From Lytechinus pictus (Eukaryota), in assembly GCF_037042905.1 (NCBI RefSeq), contig NC_087249.1, forward strand, positions 8,124,001 to 8,188,000: 64,000 nucleotides of DNA, written 5' to 3'. The notes beneath the pieces are model-generated. The model saw only the letters and a program-made list of their open reading frames with translations. It searched no databases and was not told where the DNA came from. Positions 12,359 through 24,413 of the stretch are shown one piece after another. Within the stretch, counting starts at the first letter, position 1, and the number at the start of each line of letters is the position of its first letter. The position numbers were made by a program, and so were the translations under genes.

Positions 12359-13106
12359 ATGATGACCCAGAAGTAAAGACAACAAAAGGAATGCATAATT
12401 TTGCATCAAGCAGTGATGCTGATGACTGCATTGACAAGGCTTAGAAGGGCATTTGCACGGTGGCTAAGACTGAAGAAAGTTCTTGAAGAGAAAGTGAGAA
12501 AGATGACACCAATCCAAGATAGAGACAAACCCTTATCTGCCAAGGAAATTGAAGGTGCTGAAAAGGTAATTTTTTCAGTATGTACAGAGTCATGCATTCT
12601 CAGAGGAGTTGAGTGTGCTTAGGGATTCAGGTAATTCAGTCCCTAAAGTCACAAAGAGATCAAGACTGTACAAGCTAGACGCTGTTTTCCAGGATGGCCT
12701 ACTTCGAGTGGGAGGAAGGTTAAGACATGAAATGATACCTAGCGAAGCCAAGCACCAAGTGATACTGCCCAAGAAGCATCATGTGACTTCACTGCTTGTG
12801 AGACATACACATCACAAAGTTGGACACCAAGGGCTGAATCGAGTGTTGGCAGAGATACGACAAAGATACATGTATAGATTCTTGGTGCTGGTGTCGTTGT
12901 AAGAAGCATGATAACGAAATGTGTCATCTGCCGCAAATACCAGGCTAGTCTCAGTAAGCAGAAATGTCAAATCTACCATCATTCAGACTTGAAGCTACTG
13001 AACCCGCATTTACTAATGTTGGGATGGATTTCTTCGGCCCATTTGACATTAAATGCGGATGATCGACAAAAAAAAAATATGGAGTAGTTTTTACTTGTAT
13101 GACCAG

Positions 13107-13278
13107 GTGGGTGTTTCATAAAGCTGTTCGTAAAGTTACACACAACTTTACCCACGACTGGAACATGCTCTTATGTCCTAAATGAATGACATAGGGATGT
13201 ATCATCTAGCACAAGAAGGGGTCCCCTGTCGTGCGTAAAGTCATTCGTATCTTATGAAGAGATTTATGAAACACCCAC
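13107..13278. mobile_element. PIF/Harbinger-type MITE with CAG TSD, nested in the BEL integrase
   Basis: CAG|GTGGGTGTTTCATAAA ... TTTATGAAACACCCAC|CAG; removal restores FTCMTSRAIHIEV. Confidence 0.85.
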
Positions 13279-13559
13279 CAGTAGAGCTATTCATATAGAG
13301 GTAGCAGAGAGTCTAGACACCAGCCGTCGAATGATTAGCAGAAGAGGGCCTTTCAAGAAATTGTTCTCAGATAATGGCACCTATTTAGTGGGAGCACTGG
13401 CTAGACTGAAACGAGCTCTGAAGGAATGGAATGAAGAGGAAATCCTGCATTTCACTGCTAATCAAGGGACAGAGAGGACTTTCAACCCTCCCAATGCTTC
13501 ACATCAAGGTGGTGTATGGGAAATGCGTTCTTGAGACACATCCAGACAAACAAGGTTAA

Positions 13560-14153
13560 AGGGGAATCCAACCCAAATAAAAACTTTTTTTTAAAGAAAA
13601 AGATAAATCAGACAAGTTGATATGTGAAAGTTTGAAAAATATTGAACAAACAACAAGAAAGTTATGAATTTTTAAAAGTTGTAAATATTGGTAATCACTA
13701 TACCCATGTAGACTTCAAATTGGCCACATATGGGATGTCATAGTGATGTAAGGCAAGGACTACTCTTCCATGTACTCCACTACATATTATGGCTAAAATT
13801 TCATTTTTCCAAAAAGTTTTGTTTCAAATTACATTTTTCTTTCATGAGGACATTAAACAATATACTACCTGGGTTATATTTAGATTACTGCCCCAGGGGA
13901 ATGGGTACTTAGGAGAAAACCACAAAACCCTGATAATAAAGTACATGGCCTATGGGAAAGTTGTCCTTGCCCCTTGTCATAATTTACTTACCCAGTTGCC
14001 AATTTGAAATCTACATACTATTAGTGATCCCAATTTTAAAGCAGCTATAACTTTCTTATTGCTTGTCCAATTTCTTTCAAACTTTCACCATTCTGTTTAA
14101 TTTATTTTTCTCCTTCCCAACACAACATTTTATGGCCAAGGTTGGATTTCCCT
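13560..14153. mobile_element. Kolobok-like MITE with TTAA TSD, nested in the BEL element
   Basis: TTAA|AGGGGAATCCAACC ... GGTTGGATTTCCCT|TTAA; splits DKQG-VRSVKVKT. Confidence 0.8.
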
Positions 14154-15750
14154 TTAAGTGCGCAGTGTAAAGGTAAAGACAGCAACGTCTACATTCATCA
14201 GACCAGTCACCAAGTTGTGTTTGCTTTTGGAGCAGGAGATTTAGCGCTTAAGTGATTTATGATGAAATTTGTAAACATGGTTATGCACACCCCGAGGTGT
14301 GAGCCTAGCACCTCCTACTAGAAATATAATTCATTTATTTGATATTTGACAACAAAAAGGGAATATGCACACCCTCATGGAGATTACACAGTTGAGAACT
14401 TATCATTTGCTGATAGAAATTAGGGTTATGCATACCCTCAGTGAAAATTTTAAAGAGGGAATTTGATTTGGAACCTAAAGATTTGAAATATATAGCACAA
14501 ATTTCAACATTAAGTGGAAGACAATATTTTGGATGGATCAATATTATAAGCTACATGTATGTCATGAGCAAGCAAGACAACCAAGAACAGAGCCAATGAA
14601 TCATTTACCAAAGTCTATTCTAAATAACAAAAATTTTGCATGCAGGACATTAAATATGCATGCAAAATCAGTAAAGTCAAAGCTGGATAAAGATGGACTT
14701 GTAGGAATGAAGGAAAGAGAACTCACAGGCTTTCAAATTCAATTTAGTTTGATGCTATTTGAATTGTGTAAAATTTTGCATTCATATATTCTTTTCTTTG
14801 TATGATATGCAAGAGAATGATTTTTTATAAATTCAACAAGTCAAGAATCTGTCTAATTTTCAGATGCAAATGTTCAGTTAAAGAATCTGATTTTGAAAGC
14901 AATAGTGCTATTGCAGCACAGTTTAATTATTTAGGCAAATTTGTGTCTGAATACAAGACTAAGTTTACTATTTTTTTAGCCTGTGGATGAGGCGACATTT
15001 CAGGGTACAAACTTAAACAAAAAAATAAAATAAACACCCTGGTCAGAAATTCAAGTATTGATCATGTATTGATCTTATGTTTTATTAGTTTTGCAGGAAG
15101 ATTACCAGACTTATTCATTTATTTTTATGAAAAAAAGACAAAAAGTGTCAAAGGGACATGTATGATACTCAATTTAACAAAAGAGCGATACAAACATAAT
15201 TTGGAGCAGAATATAACGTTTGTCACAATCTGGAAAGTATTTCGTAGATTAAATTTGAGTAAATTTGTTTTCAGACTTGAAATTGTCAAAGGGGCCGGAA
15301 AAGGGGAGTCACTTATTTCTTTTTTTGTAAATAGCATAAAGGGTACATCATTTAGACTTAGTGAAGAAAGGAATGCATTTGTACAATGATAATGTTAGCA
15401 CTTAACCTATTCAGAGGTGATGACATGATGCATTTAAAGCAAATATATTATTATGTTGGAATGTTAGTTACCATAGCAACCTACATAATTATTGTTAGGG
15501 AAGCAAAAATTCAGGACTTTTCTTTGGTTTGTAAATGATGAGCTTTAAGCCCCCATTTAAAGGGCCGGGATGTAAATACGAGCTTCTGAATATTTGTGAT
15601 GATATTTCTCGAACATGCAGAGTGAGGACGTGGTCGATTTATCGAGCATCACATTTTTCTTTGAGAGACAATGAATGTCATTTTGGGATTGTTTCTAAAA
15701 TTCAGGTCAATCTGGAGAAGCCAATGTTATTGAACAGTTACAGTTCATTA

Positions 15751-17494
15751 TACCCCCATCTCACTAGATGGCGATTCCACTGCGATCGTCAAAAATCGAC
15801 AAAGCGTGGTATAACGTAGCTTGATCGTGCCTTGATCTTTTCAATCTTCTCCGTCGTACCTTGATCTTTTCTGAAGCGGCAAGGATCGCCACCATCTTTA
15901 CGGTCGCCACAAAATTTTGAACATGTTCAAAACTTACGTAGCGTGATCGCGGAGGTGCTAAAGCGCATCACAATCGAGTCATGAGCTTATTACAAACGAC
16001 ATATTCGTAGCTGTAACGGAGCCCCAACGCATAAAGCGTAGTATAAGCGCATTAATAGCGGCACCGATCGCCCGTGGTTTTCAGGCCCGTTCCCAAGACA
16101 ATTCTGCTACGCTGCTTCCGTTTACAAGGCGACTGCCTTGCGCTCGACACGCTTCACACAGCTTCCACTACGACGCTTCCTTCTTTGGGTGGCATGTGGC
16201 ACACATTCTCAGCCTGCTACAGGCGTTCGCATTGCGCTTTTGCTGCGCCGCTGATGACTGGGCAGCGATTGCGCAACAACCGTCCGCGCTGCTATAAAAC
16301 GCCGTGCCGATGGTGGCGGATTATCATATTTGCAACAGATTACGAGGCGATACCACGGCGTTTTCAAACATACCTCCCAGAAAAAGGACCAGAAAAGGGA
16401 AAGCTGCCCAAGCTACCCCTCTTAGGCCGGCGGTCGAAAAGGAAGATCAAGGGGGTTATGGTGGTGGTAGAGGAGGAGGAGCAAGAGGAGGGGGTACAGG
16501 AGGAGGATGAAAATCTTACTGCTGAGCCAGCTGGAAAGAGAAAAAAGACGCTCACATGTCTTGATGACGAAATGGGTTACCTCTGCAGAAATAAATAAAT
16601 TGATTATGTTTTGAAAATAAATTGAATTCTAACCACAGTGACAGTAGACAACATCAAATTTTGTTGATGATTCGATCACTAATGTATTGATTGGGAAAGG
16701 CAATCTTTAGGGAGATTCTGGCATTGTGCCCCCCTCCCCCTCCCCCTCCCTTTTTATGAGTGCTCTCACATCATCAGTAGACTACTTCTTGTCAGCAAAT
16801 TTGAAAGGAATTTACCAAATATTTTTGAGTGACAAACTTTTTGGAAAAAAAGAAACAGAATATCAAAGATTTTTATGCTCTTTTATGAAATTCTGGATGC
16901 ATCCCTCATATTAACTATTAGGCTCATCGACATCTTTTGAATGAAATTTTAAAAATATTGTATATTATGACTTAGGTGACAGCCAAGATCGGACCCTGTA
17001 TCTCTTTGGCCTCCTCCTTCTCCTGTCCAACTTTTAACTGATGTTCTTTTAGAATGCCAAGATGTATAAGTCCAACCAAATTCTGGACATCCATGTTGGT
17101 CGGAGGTTGGCAATCGACTGAAAAATGTGTCATGTGCCGCGATTAGTATGCCGATTGCTTGAAATCGCTTCAAGAGCCCATCATGAACGTAACATAATCG
17201 CTTCATTCGTAGCACCACCGTACCGAGGTCCTAATTAGCGTATGAGCCTCGTTGTACGATCGCTTTGATCGCAGAAGCAGCGCATCACATCTGCCTCGAA
17301 TCGTCGCAAGAAAGTGGCATCGTCGTACTTTCAGCGTATTACCATTTCCTTCAGCGCAGGTCGGTCGCATAGAAGTTGCAGTGCAATCGTCTCGCAGGCT
17401 AAAAATAGAATTCGAGGAAGATTCTGCTACGATTTGCGGGATTTACACAGATCGCCATGGTCGCCACGATCGCCTTCCTAGTGAGATGGGGGTA
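15751..17494. mobile_element. Non-autonomous PIF/Harbinger deletion derivative
   Basis: Perfect 17-bp TIR TACCCCCATCTCACTAG; TTA TSD on both sides; CGATCG-rich subterminal regions; internal Lys/Glu-rich ORF remnant. Confidence 0.85.
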
Positions 17495-17932
17495 TTAAAG
17501 TCTGGATGAAACGTCAACTCGTGTGATAACATTGGTACTCATTTTGTCACTTAATTCGTCACTCCAGAAATTATGTAAGAACATTTCCAAAATATGAGTA
17601 AATCATTCTGTCACTAAAGTCAACTGTAACAACAATATATACATAATACAGTCATAATACTTCCAAAACCAAATCAATGAAAATACACATTTATGGCTTA
17701 ATACATGTATATAAATCTATGAAAAGTCTATGTACTAGACAGTTCCTGAGCCCAAGGCAAGAATAACGAGCAAAATGACATGGGACGAACTGAGACAATA
17801 TTGCTCAGAAGATGAACTCAAAACACAATACATGAAGCTACCATTTCAATATGTGATGATTGAAGTCTTTTGTAGCTAGTTACTTTTAGAAACATAACAG
17901 TGTAAATCAGTGGCGTATGAAGGCATTGGGTA

Positions 17933-18060
17933 TCATGATGCCTTCAGAGACAATGAGCATCCGTTGACTCCAGGGATAAAATCTGTGATATCACCTACAA
18001 ACCTTGGCAAGGACTTGACGTACGGGATGCTGGACAGATCATCAATCTTGAAGGCAATAT
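17933..18060 (-). CDS. TERB2: TERB2 coding exon 6 (terminal)
   Basis: ttgcag acceptor; DIAFKIDDLSSIPYVKSLPRFVGDITDFIPGVNGCSLSLKAS* resembles the TERB2 MAJIN-binding C-terminus (..MKKFLGELHDFIPGTSGY). Confidence 0.85.
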
Positions 18061-18529
18061 CTGCAATAAAAAATAAATTATTTATACCAAAATGAAAACT
18101 CATCCCTCTAATATCTATAAGATACAGTATATGATTTACGGGATAATTATTTTTGCGAAGAGGACAATGAATTACATAGAGTAAGCTTGTTGTTTTACAG
18201 CCCAAACATAAATGAAATGTAAGGAAGATGAAAACAGCGAAAGTAAAAAAAGGAAAACAGGATAAGTCATGGCCGTAATAGAGAGGAAACTAGGCACGAT
18301 TAACATAAGAAATACAGCTGTAATTCAAAAAGAAAAGAATAGTGGACAAAATCAGTTTGATGGTGTGTGTTTTGAAGAATAATAGGTATAAGTATTAGGA
18401 TCTTGACTATTTATTTGGTTTTACCTAGAATCGACTTGCAATCAAATTGAAATTAAATTAGTTTTAAGAAATATAGTTTGGTCAATTTTTGCAAGGCCAT
18501 TTGAAAATGCAAAGCCAAATGCACATATA

Positions 18530-18953
18530 GGCCCGAATTCACAAGGTGGTTTTGAAAACCCACGATTGAGTCCATAGTTTATGCAGATTTCCTGTATAAA
18601 TTACGCTTATTTTACCGCGTATATTAAAAAATTCCAATGATGATGCGCGCTTTTGTCACAGTGCGCCAAATTGATGTCTGTTGCCGTGGTTATCCACGCT
18701 ATTTTATTCATGAGTCCACTGTTTTGAATCAATGAATCCACTCTTCAAACAGTGGACTCATGAATAAAATAGCGTATCTAACCATGGTAACAGGCGTCAA
18801 TTCGGCGCACTGTGACAAAAGCGCGCATCAGCATTGGACATTTTTTATACCCGCGCCCGATACGCGCTAAATTAAGCGTAATTTATACAGGAAATCTGCA
18901 TAAACCATGGATTCAACCGTGGCTTTTCAAAACCACCTTTGTGAATTCGGGCC
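18530..18953. mobile_element. Fully palindromic ~424-bp MITE in the last TERB2 intron
   Basis: GGCCCGAATTCACAA..GGTGGTTTTGAAAA arms inverted to the centre; decayed relative at ~7090-7448. Confidence 0.85.
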
Positions 18954-19342
18954 AGAAGGTACATCCTGCAATGACAGGCTTAGAGTTAGATCAAAGCAAC
19001 TTTGTTGAAGAGGTCAGTAAAAAGAGAAATCAGTTTATGATAGCTGCTGGTGAATTTTTCAGACCTACAGCTCTATGAAAACTCCTCAAATGTAGATCGA
19101 TAAGTTTCCTTCATGTTAAAACAAATGGTAAACATATTTAACTTCTTGATATGCAGTGTACATGTATTTCAGTGGAAGAAAAAAATAAAGGACTTACAAC
19201 TGTTGTGACTTTGCCATTATGGCAATTACCATGGTAACAGGGCTCAACGGCCAATCGAAATGAAGGTTTCCATGGTAGTTGCCATAATGGCAAAGTTACA
19301 ACAGTTGTACAACAGTTTTCAAGGATGGGATTGTCCACTTAC

Positions 19343-19419
19343 CAGCTGCATGAGCAAATGTTGGAAGTTCTCTGTTCCGAGGTTCTCTTTGATTAGATGT
19401 TGAAGGTTCAGATGATAAC
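19343..19419 (-). CDS. TERB2: TERB2 coding exon 5
   Basis: ttttag acceptor, G|gtaagt donor; phases 2 and 1 fit the neighbours; LSSEPSTSNQREPRNRELPTFAHAA. Confidence 0.75.
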
Positions 19420-19687
19420 CTAAAATTGCGAAGATAAAAACAGGACTAAAAACTTCAGAAGGAATGAATTTTTTGTCACCTGCCTGATAAAGGGCGCTAG
19501 CAATCAACATGAAATTACATGTATGACTGACAAAATAAACAGCTGTGTAGAAGACCCCCCCCCCCCACCGCAAACAATTTTATTCCAGAGATATGGCCAT
19601 AAGATCACAAAGTGTGATCCACTGAAGAGCAATACAAGGATTTTAGTAGTTAACAGTCGTTTCTAAAATTTTCAGCCAAATAGCTTT

Positions 19688-19982
19688 AATAATAATAATA
19701 ATAGTCCGTTCTTATATAGCGCATAACACATTATGAATAACGTCTCTATGGGCATCCAAAGGACTTGGATATTATTACCCCGGCTGTAGCTCAAGCAGCC
19801 TTTCCATCGCTTGGCATTTCAAGGAATAAATTCCTGCCAGGTACCCATTCACCTCACCTGGGTTGAGTGCAGCACAATGTGGATAAATTTCTTGCTGAAG
19901 AAAACTACACCATGGCTGGGATTTGAACCCACGACCCTCTGTTTCACAGTCCGGAGACTAATCCACTGGGCCACAACGCTCC
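19688..19982 (-). mobile_element. tRNA-derived SINE with L2-like tail
   Basis: Minus strand GGAGCGTTGTGGCCCAGTGG (A box) ... GGTTCAAATCC (B box), AATGGGTACC core, GCGCTATATAAG tail and (ATT)n. Confidence 0.85.
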
Positions 19983-20195
19983 ACAAGAATTTAAAGAATT
20001 CTACTTAGATATATATATCTATTCATATTTTTGTCATGTTACAAAAATGGTAAACATAGCCTACATCTCAAAAGGCAGTGTTTTCAGTGAATAGAAATTA
20101 TGGTTATTTATAGTGAGATTTTCAAACAGACCATTTTCCTATGATGTTTAACCTAAAATTATAATGCAATTTTCTTCAGTCTTTTCCCCCAACTG

Positions 20196-20355
20196 GTGGG
20201 TGTTTCATAAAGCTGTTCGTAAAGTTACGCAAGACTTTTATACACACGGCTGGTGACCTTTCTTGAGCCACACTATCCCTATGTAGCTCACTAAAGCACC
20301 TAAGATCATGTTCCAGTCGTGCGTAACTTTACGAACAGCTTTATGAAACACCCAC
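20196..20355. mobile_element. PIF/Harbinger MITE with CTG TSD (family of 13107)
   Basis: CTG|GTGGGTGTTTCATAAAG ... CTTTATGAAACACCCAC|CTG. Confidence 0.85.
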
Positions 20356-20365
20356 CTGGTATGTA

Positions 20366-20721
20366 CCGTAAAGTTCTGTGTATACCGCGCACTTATTTTC
20401 ACGTCAGAAAATGTCAAAAGTTGGGGTGCGCCTTATACACGGGGACAACGGAATCGCGGCTGCAGTTCCGACATGAATGCATACGTATCGGGCTGTAAAC
20501 AGTGGATAGGTGCACGGGATGTTGCGCGGTTTCATAAGTGGCAAAATAGACATTAAAAATTTTCATAATGCAATATTCATGATGAAAACTTATCACTTTG
20601 AAACATGCAAAAACATGCATGTTCTTTATTCCACTAGCGCTGCACAGGGAACTGATCTATCAGCACATCAATTCGGCGGCAGGCTTATAAACAGGTACGC
20701 CGTATACACGGAACTTTACTG
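20366..20721. mobile_element. Tc1/pogo-type MITE
   Basis: TA|CCGTAAAGTTCTGTGTATAC ... GTATACACGGAACTTTACTG. Confidence 0.6.
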
Positions 20722-20762
20722 AAAACATGAAACAGAATAGGGCGGTGTCAAGATGTACATAC

Positions 20763-20904
20763 CTTTCTTGATGGTGGTTGGTGTTTGTGTTTTCATTTGC
20801 TTCACTAGGTTTATTGGATCTACTTTGGTCTCGTTTCTTCTTTGAAGTGGTCTCTGTCATCTCTTGGTTAGGAGGCCTACTAACAAAAGCCAACTGCTGG
20901 ATAT
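20763..20904 (-). CDS. TERB2: TERB2 coding exon 4
   Basis: gttgcag acceptor, AG|gtatgt donor; DIQQLAFVSRPPNQEMTETTSKKKRDQ...HHQER; phases 1 and 2. Confidence 0.8.
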
Positions 20905-20939
20905 CTGCAACATAGAAGAGGAATACACCAACAAACATA

Positions 20940-21238
20940 ATAATAATATACAGTTCTTGTATAGTGCATATCACAATTATGAATAATGTCTCCATGTGCT
21001 TCCAAAGGACTTGGATATTATTACCCCAGCTGTAGCTTGGCAGCCGTAATTACTAAGATTACAGCGCACACGCATTTCAAGGAATAAATTCCTGCCAGGT
21101 ACCCATTCACCTCACCTGGGTTGAGTGCAGCACAATCTGGATATATTTATTGCCGAAGGAAATTACGCCATGGCTGGGATTCGAACCCACGACCCTGTTT
21201 CAAAGTCCGGAGACTAATCCACTGGGCCACAACGCTCC
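20940..21238 (-). mobile_element. tRNA-derived SINE, second full copy
   Basis: A box TGGCCCAGTGG, B box GGTTCGAATCC; body similar to 19688-19982. Confidence 0.85.
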
Positions 21239-22085
21239 ATAATAAATATACATAAGTGAGGCAGATATAGTATTCAGATATGTTTTTATCCACAGGCAAA
21301 CTTCTGCTTTCAAAATTTTAAGAAAAACTTTTCCTGATGTTGATTTCTGCAGTAGAACTGCATTTTATTTTAGATCTTCCATAATATCCATCCTTTGGTA
21401 TTTTCAGACCTACAGGTGCAAGCCTTAGCCATTTTCCCCCTTACTTCAATGAGTGTTTCCATTTAAGAATTTTCTTTCTATAAATTATTTTCTGTGTACT
21501 TTTTCATTATTTTCTTATCTTAATCTTGCAAATCATTTAAATTTCATTGATAGCAAGAATGCGGGCTAACAGTGTTCACATGAATTTTACCCCCAACTAG
21601 CTCTTGTCTATATAGATACATACCTTTATTGACACTTGTGGGTCATGCATGAGGCATGTTTGCCAATACACAATTCTATTCAGCCCCTGGCAGCCTGAGA
21701 ATCCACATTTTTGTTTGTTTTTCAACAGAGCAAGGGCATGTGCAAGCAAAAAAAAAGTTCTGTAATAACATTCTAATATTTATTAGGCAGAGCTTCAAAC
21801 ATCGGAAAGGTATCTCCAAGCACTTTACAGATATATTATTTCCCCAGCTATTACATTCGGGCTTGTCCACACACAATACTTTCTCCACCTCTTAGCAAAC
21901 AATAGCTTCTGAACTCTACTGCTCAGCATACTTCAAGGTAGGTAGAGTAACCTGCTCACCCATGCACTGTATGTGTATTTGTTGGGCTAAGGTCCTACGC
22001 TATTCATGACGCATAATGCATAGAATTTAATACAGAGTATGATCTATTACACATGCCACTTCTGAATCAAGGTAGGTCAGGTTAA

Positions 22086-22530
22086 AGGGAAAGTTCACCC
22101 TGAAAGTTTGCTGTAAACATACAATAAAATGAAAAAAATTTGCCAAAGGTTTGAGGAAAATACATCAACGATTAAGAAAGTTATTAGAATTTTCATTTGA
22201 GACATCATATGCGAGCAGCTTCTTAAGTAAATAAAATTAATGAAATTTCATTTCTTCAAAAATTGATAATGACTTTAATTTTACCTTCACCAGATCACCA
22301 AATTTTTTCACATCCGCTCATGAAAGAAATTTTGAGCCATCATAAGCCATTATAAAGTTAAATTCATGCATTTTATATTACATTATATATGGGGCAGCTA
22401 CTCATGACGTCACAAAGTAAAATCATAATAACTTTCTTAAACTTTGATCGATTTTCCTCAAACCTTCACCATTTTTTTTTGGGGGGGGTGCTATTTTTAT
22501 GTAAACTTCTTGTCAGGGTGAACTGCCCCT
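22086..22530. mobile_element. Kolobok-like MITE
   Basis: TTAA|AGGGAAAGTTCACCCTGA ... TCAGGGTGAACTGCCCCT. Confidence 0.6.
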
Positions 22531-22758
22531 TGAAAGGGTTGTACCCACTGGACCAAGTTCTCAAGTAAGAATGGAAGGTATAAACTGTTGGGGCCTAGTT
22601 GCATAAAAGTTACTATTATGTTATATTTGCCATGCAGTGGTAACTTGCATGGAATCCTTGATTTTGATTGGCTGTTGATTATCGTTACCATGGCAGTTAC
22701 CATTGGATGGCAAAGTTACTATAATAGTCACTTCTATGCAACGGGGCCCTTTACTTGC

Positions 22759-22898
22759 CATCTGCCATATCTGGAGGAAGCAAAATATACTGAGCTGCAG
22801 CTACCTCATGGGCAGTCTTCTCCTTGAGACAGGCATCGATATAGCTTGAATGGAAGATGGTTAGAAAACCGTGAAGGAACTCCTCGCTCTCGTAAATC
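22759..22898 (-). CDS. TERB2: TERB2 coding exon 3
   Basis: aaacag acceptor; IYESEEFLHGFLTIFHSSYIDACLKEKTAHEVAAAQYILLPP resembles IYQSLDYIEDNATVFHAYYLSAVANAKIKNSVALGHFILPP; donor G|gcaagt. Confidence 0.88.
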
Positions 22899-23374
22899 CT
22901 GTTTAACAAAGATTCAAGAATGGCCATCATTGATGGGCCCGCCTTACAAAAGAGTTAGGATCAGCGAAAAAATTACAGGGGGGCTTGGGCGATTTAGCCC
23001 CCACAATGGTTAAAATTTTTAAAAGCCTGGAAACTTGAATAAAGGAGCCTTAGAAAATCCCCATTCATTGCAATGTTAAAGCTTATCCCATGTTGCAGAT
23101 AATGGCAGTAAGTTGTAAATCCATCAATGTCATAATTTTCCACAGAAAATTTCCTTTGTAAACAAAGAGAAGCACACTGAATTGTCAAGAAAATGATGAA
23201 TATACATCATATCTAGAAAATATTTCAAACAAACATGCATTTTGGATGTTGGCATTGCTGGCTTTCCATAGTCGTGGTTGATCGGATCAATCATAATTCT
23301 TTGTAATATGGGGCGCTGATGTCTGTGAGGATTACACTCAAGTTCTGAAAGAATGAGTTACCCTGAATTACTTG

Positions 23375-23692
23375 GTGGGTGTTTCATAAAAGTTGTTTGT
23401 AAGTAATGAGCGACTTTACAAATAACTGGTGATCCTTTCTTAGGAACTAAATACCAACGAAAATCAGGGGTCCGTTTCATAAAGGACTTGCAACTGTACA
23501 ATGGTAACCAGGTTTGTGATTGGCTGCTGAGCCCTGTTACCGTGGAAGTTGTCATTATGGCAAAGTTACAACAGTTGCAAGTCCTTTATGAAACGGGCCC
23601 CTGGTGTGTGTCATTAACTTTATCACAAGAAAGGATCACCAGTCATTCCTAAAGTCACTCATACATTACAAACAGCTTTATGAAACGCCCTC
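23375..23692. mobile_element. CWG-target Harbinger MITE containing a second MITE (23468-23600)
   Basis: Outer GTGGGTGTTTCATAAA..TTTATGAAACGCCCTC; inner CAG|GGGTCCGTTTCATAAAGGACTTGCAAC..GTTGCAAGTCCTTTATGAAACGGGCCC|CTG. Confidence 0.75.
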
Positions 23693-24328
23693 CTGGGCCA
23701 ATTCAAACAAACTTCTCATAAACATATAAATTCTAGACTTTGGAAATGTTTATATCAAATATTTAATTTAACCAGTTACCTCCTGGACCATGCAGTCCCT
23801 GCACAAGCCAACAGGAATCACAGAATTGAAAATAAAAATTTGATGTTATCAACTTATTCTTTGTTATCTCCCTTTAATCAATTCCATGCTAATTGTTTTC
23901 TTTACAAATTTCTTTCTAAAAAATTACCTGAATTCAATTTGTTCATTTATTAATTAATGTAATCATTCATTAATATACGTAATAAGTTATCTATTGATAC
24001 CCCTTTAGTGCTCATTGAATTAGTCATTCATTCCCGTAATATATTCATTTGGCGTATTTAACAATATTTTTACACTGTAGCAACAGTCAAGGGTCAAAGG
24101 TCAGTTAATGATGGTCGAGTGATCATCGTGACTGCTCTTTGGCAGAAACTAAATGGCTCTTATTCTGTCTACTAGGGTTTCCAAAAGGATCCAATACAAA
24201 TGTAGATCTATGCAGATTATGTTCCAGAATGGTCAAGGCAGTCTATCACCATCACTGACCATCATGACGAACATTCGACCATTGCTCCAGTGTGAAAGCA
24301 TTTTTTTTAGGGACTGTTATGTTCTTAC

Positions 24329-24413
24329 TCAACAGTGTCAGAGCAGGATGCATCACTAGAAAATATGAACTGGGCATCTTTCACAGAAGAAACCTCCTTT
24401 CCTCCTTGTTTTT
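24329..24413 (-). CDS. TERB2: TERB2 coding exon 2
   Basis: tttccag acceptor, GA|gtaaga donor; KQGGKEVSSVKDAQFIFSSDASCSDTVE resembles AEGGTISDPRAADFLFSCDASHPDTLR. Confidence 0.88.

Larger units (their letters stand above)
10430..14245 (+). mobile_element. Degenerate, internally deleted BEL/Pao LTR retrotransposon (gag-pol relic)
   Basis: Zn knuckles CFNCLPPGHMLSAC / CSVKGCGRKHTKFLH; protease ALLDTGS (~11015); RNase H MAKTHLAPLK..PHLEL, FWTDS, FVSNRL, WHHVDSALNPAD; integrase HQVILPKKHH..H..GH..C..C, GMDFFGPF, SDNGT, PPNASHQGGVWE; C-terminus VRSVKVKT..IRPVTKLCLL; frameshifts and stops; no LTRs seen. Confidence 0.92.

Noticed and set aside
19900..21238. Functional tRNA genes
   Set aside because: The A/B boxes are SINE heads fused to a body and tail, with no complete cloverleaf
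21890..21968. Extra TERB2 exon
   Set aside because: In-frame stop in the required phase, weak donor, and not needed for the ORF
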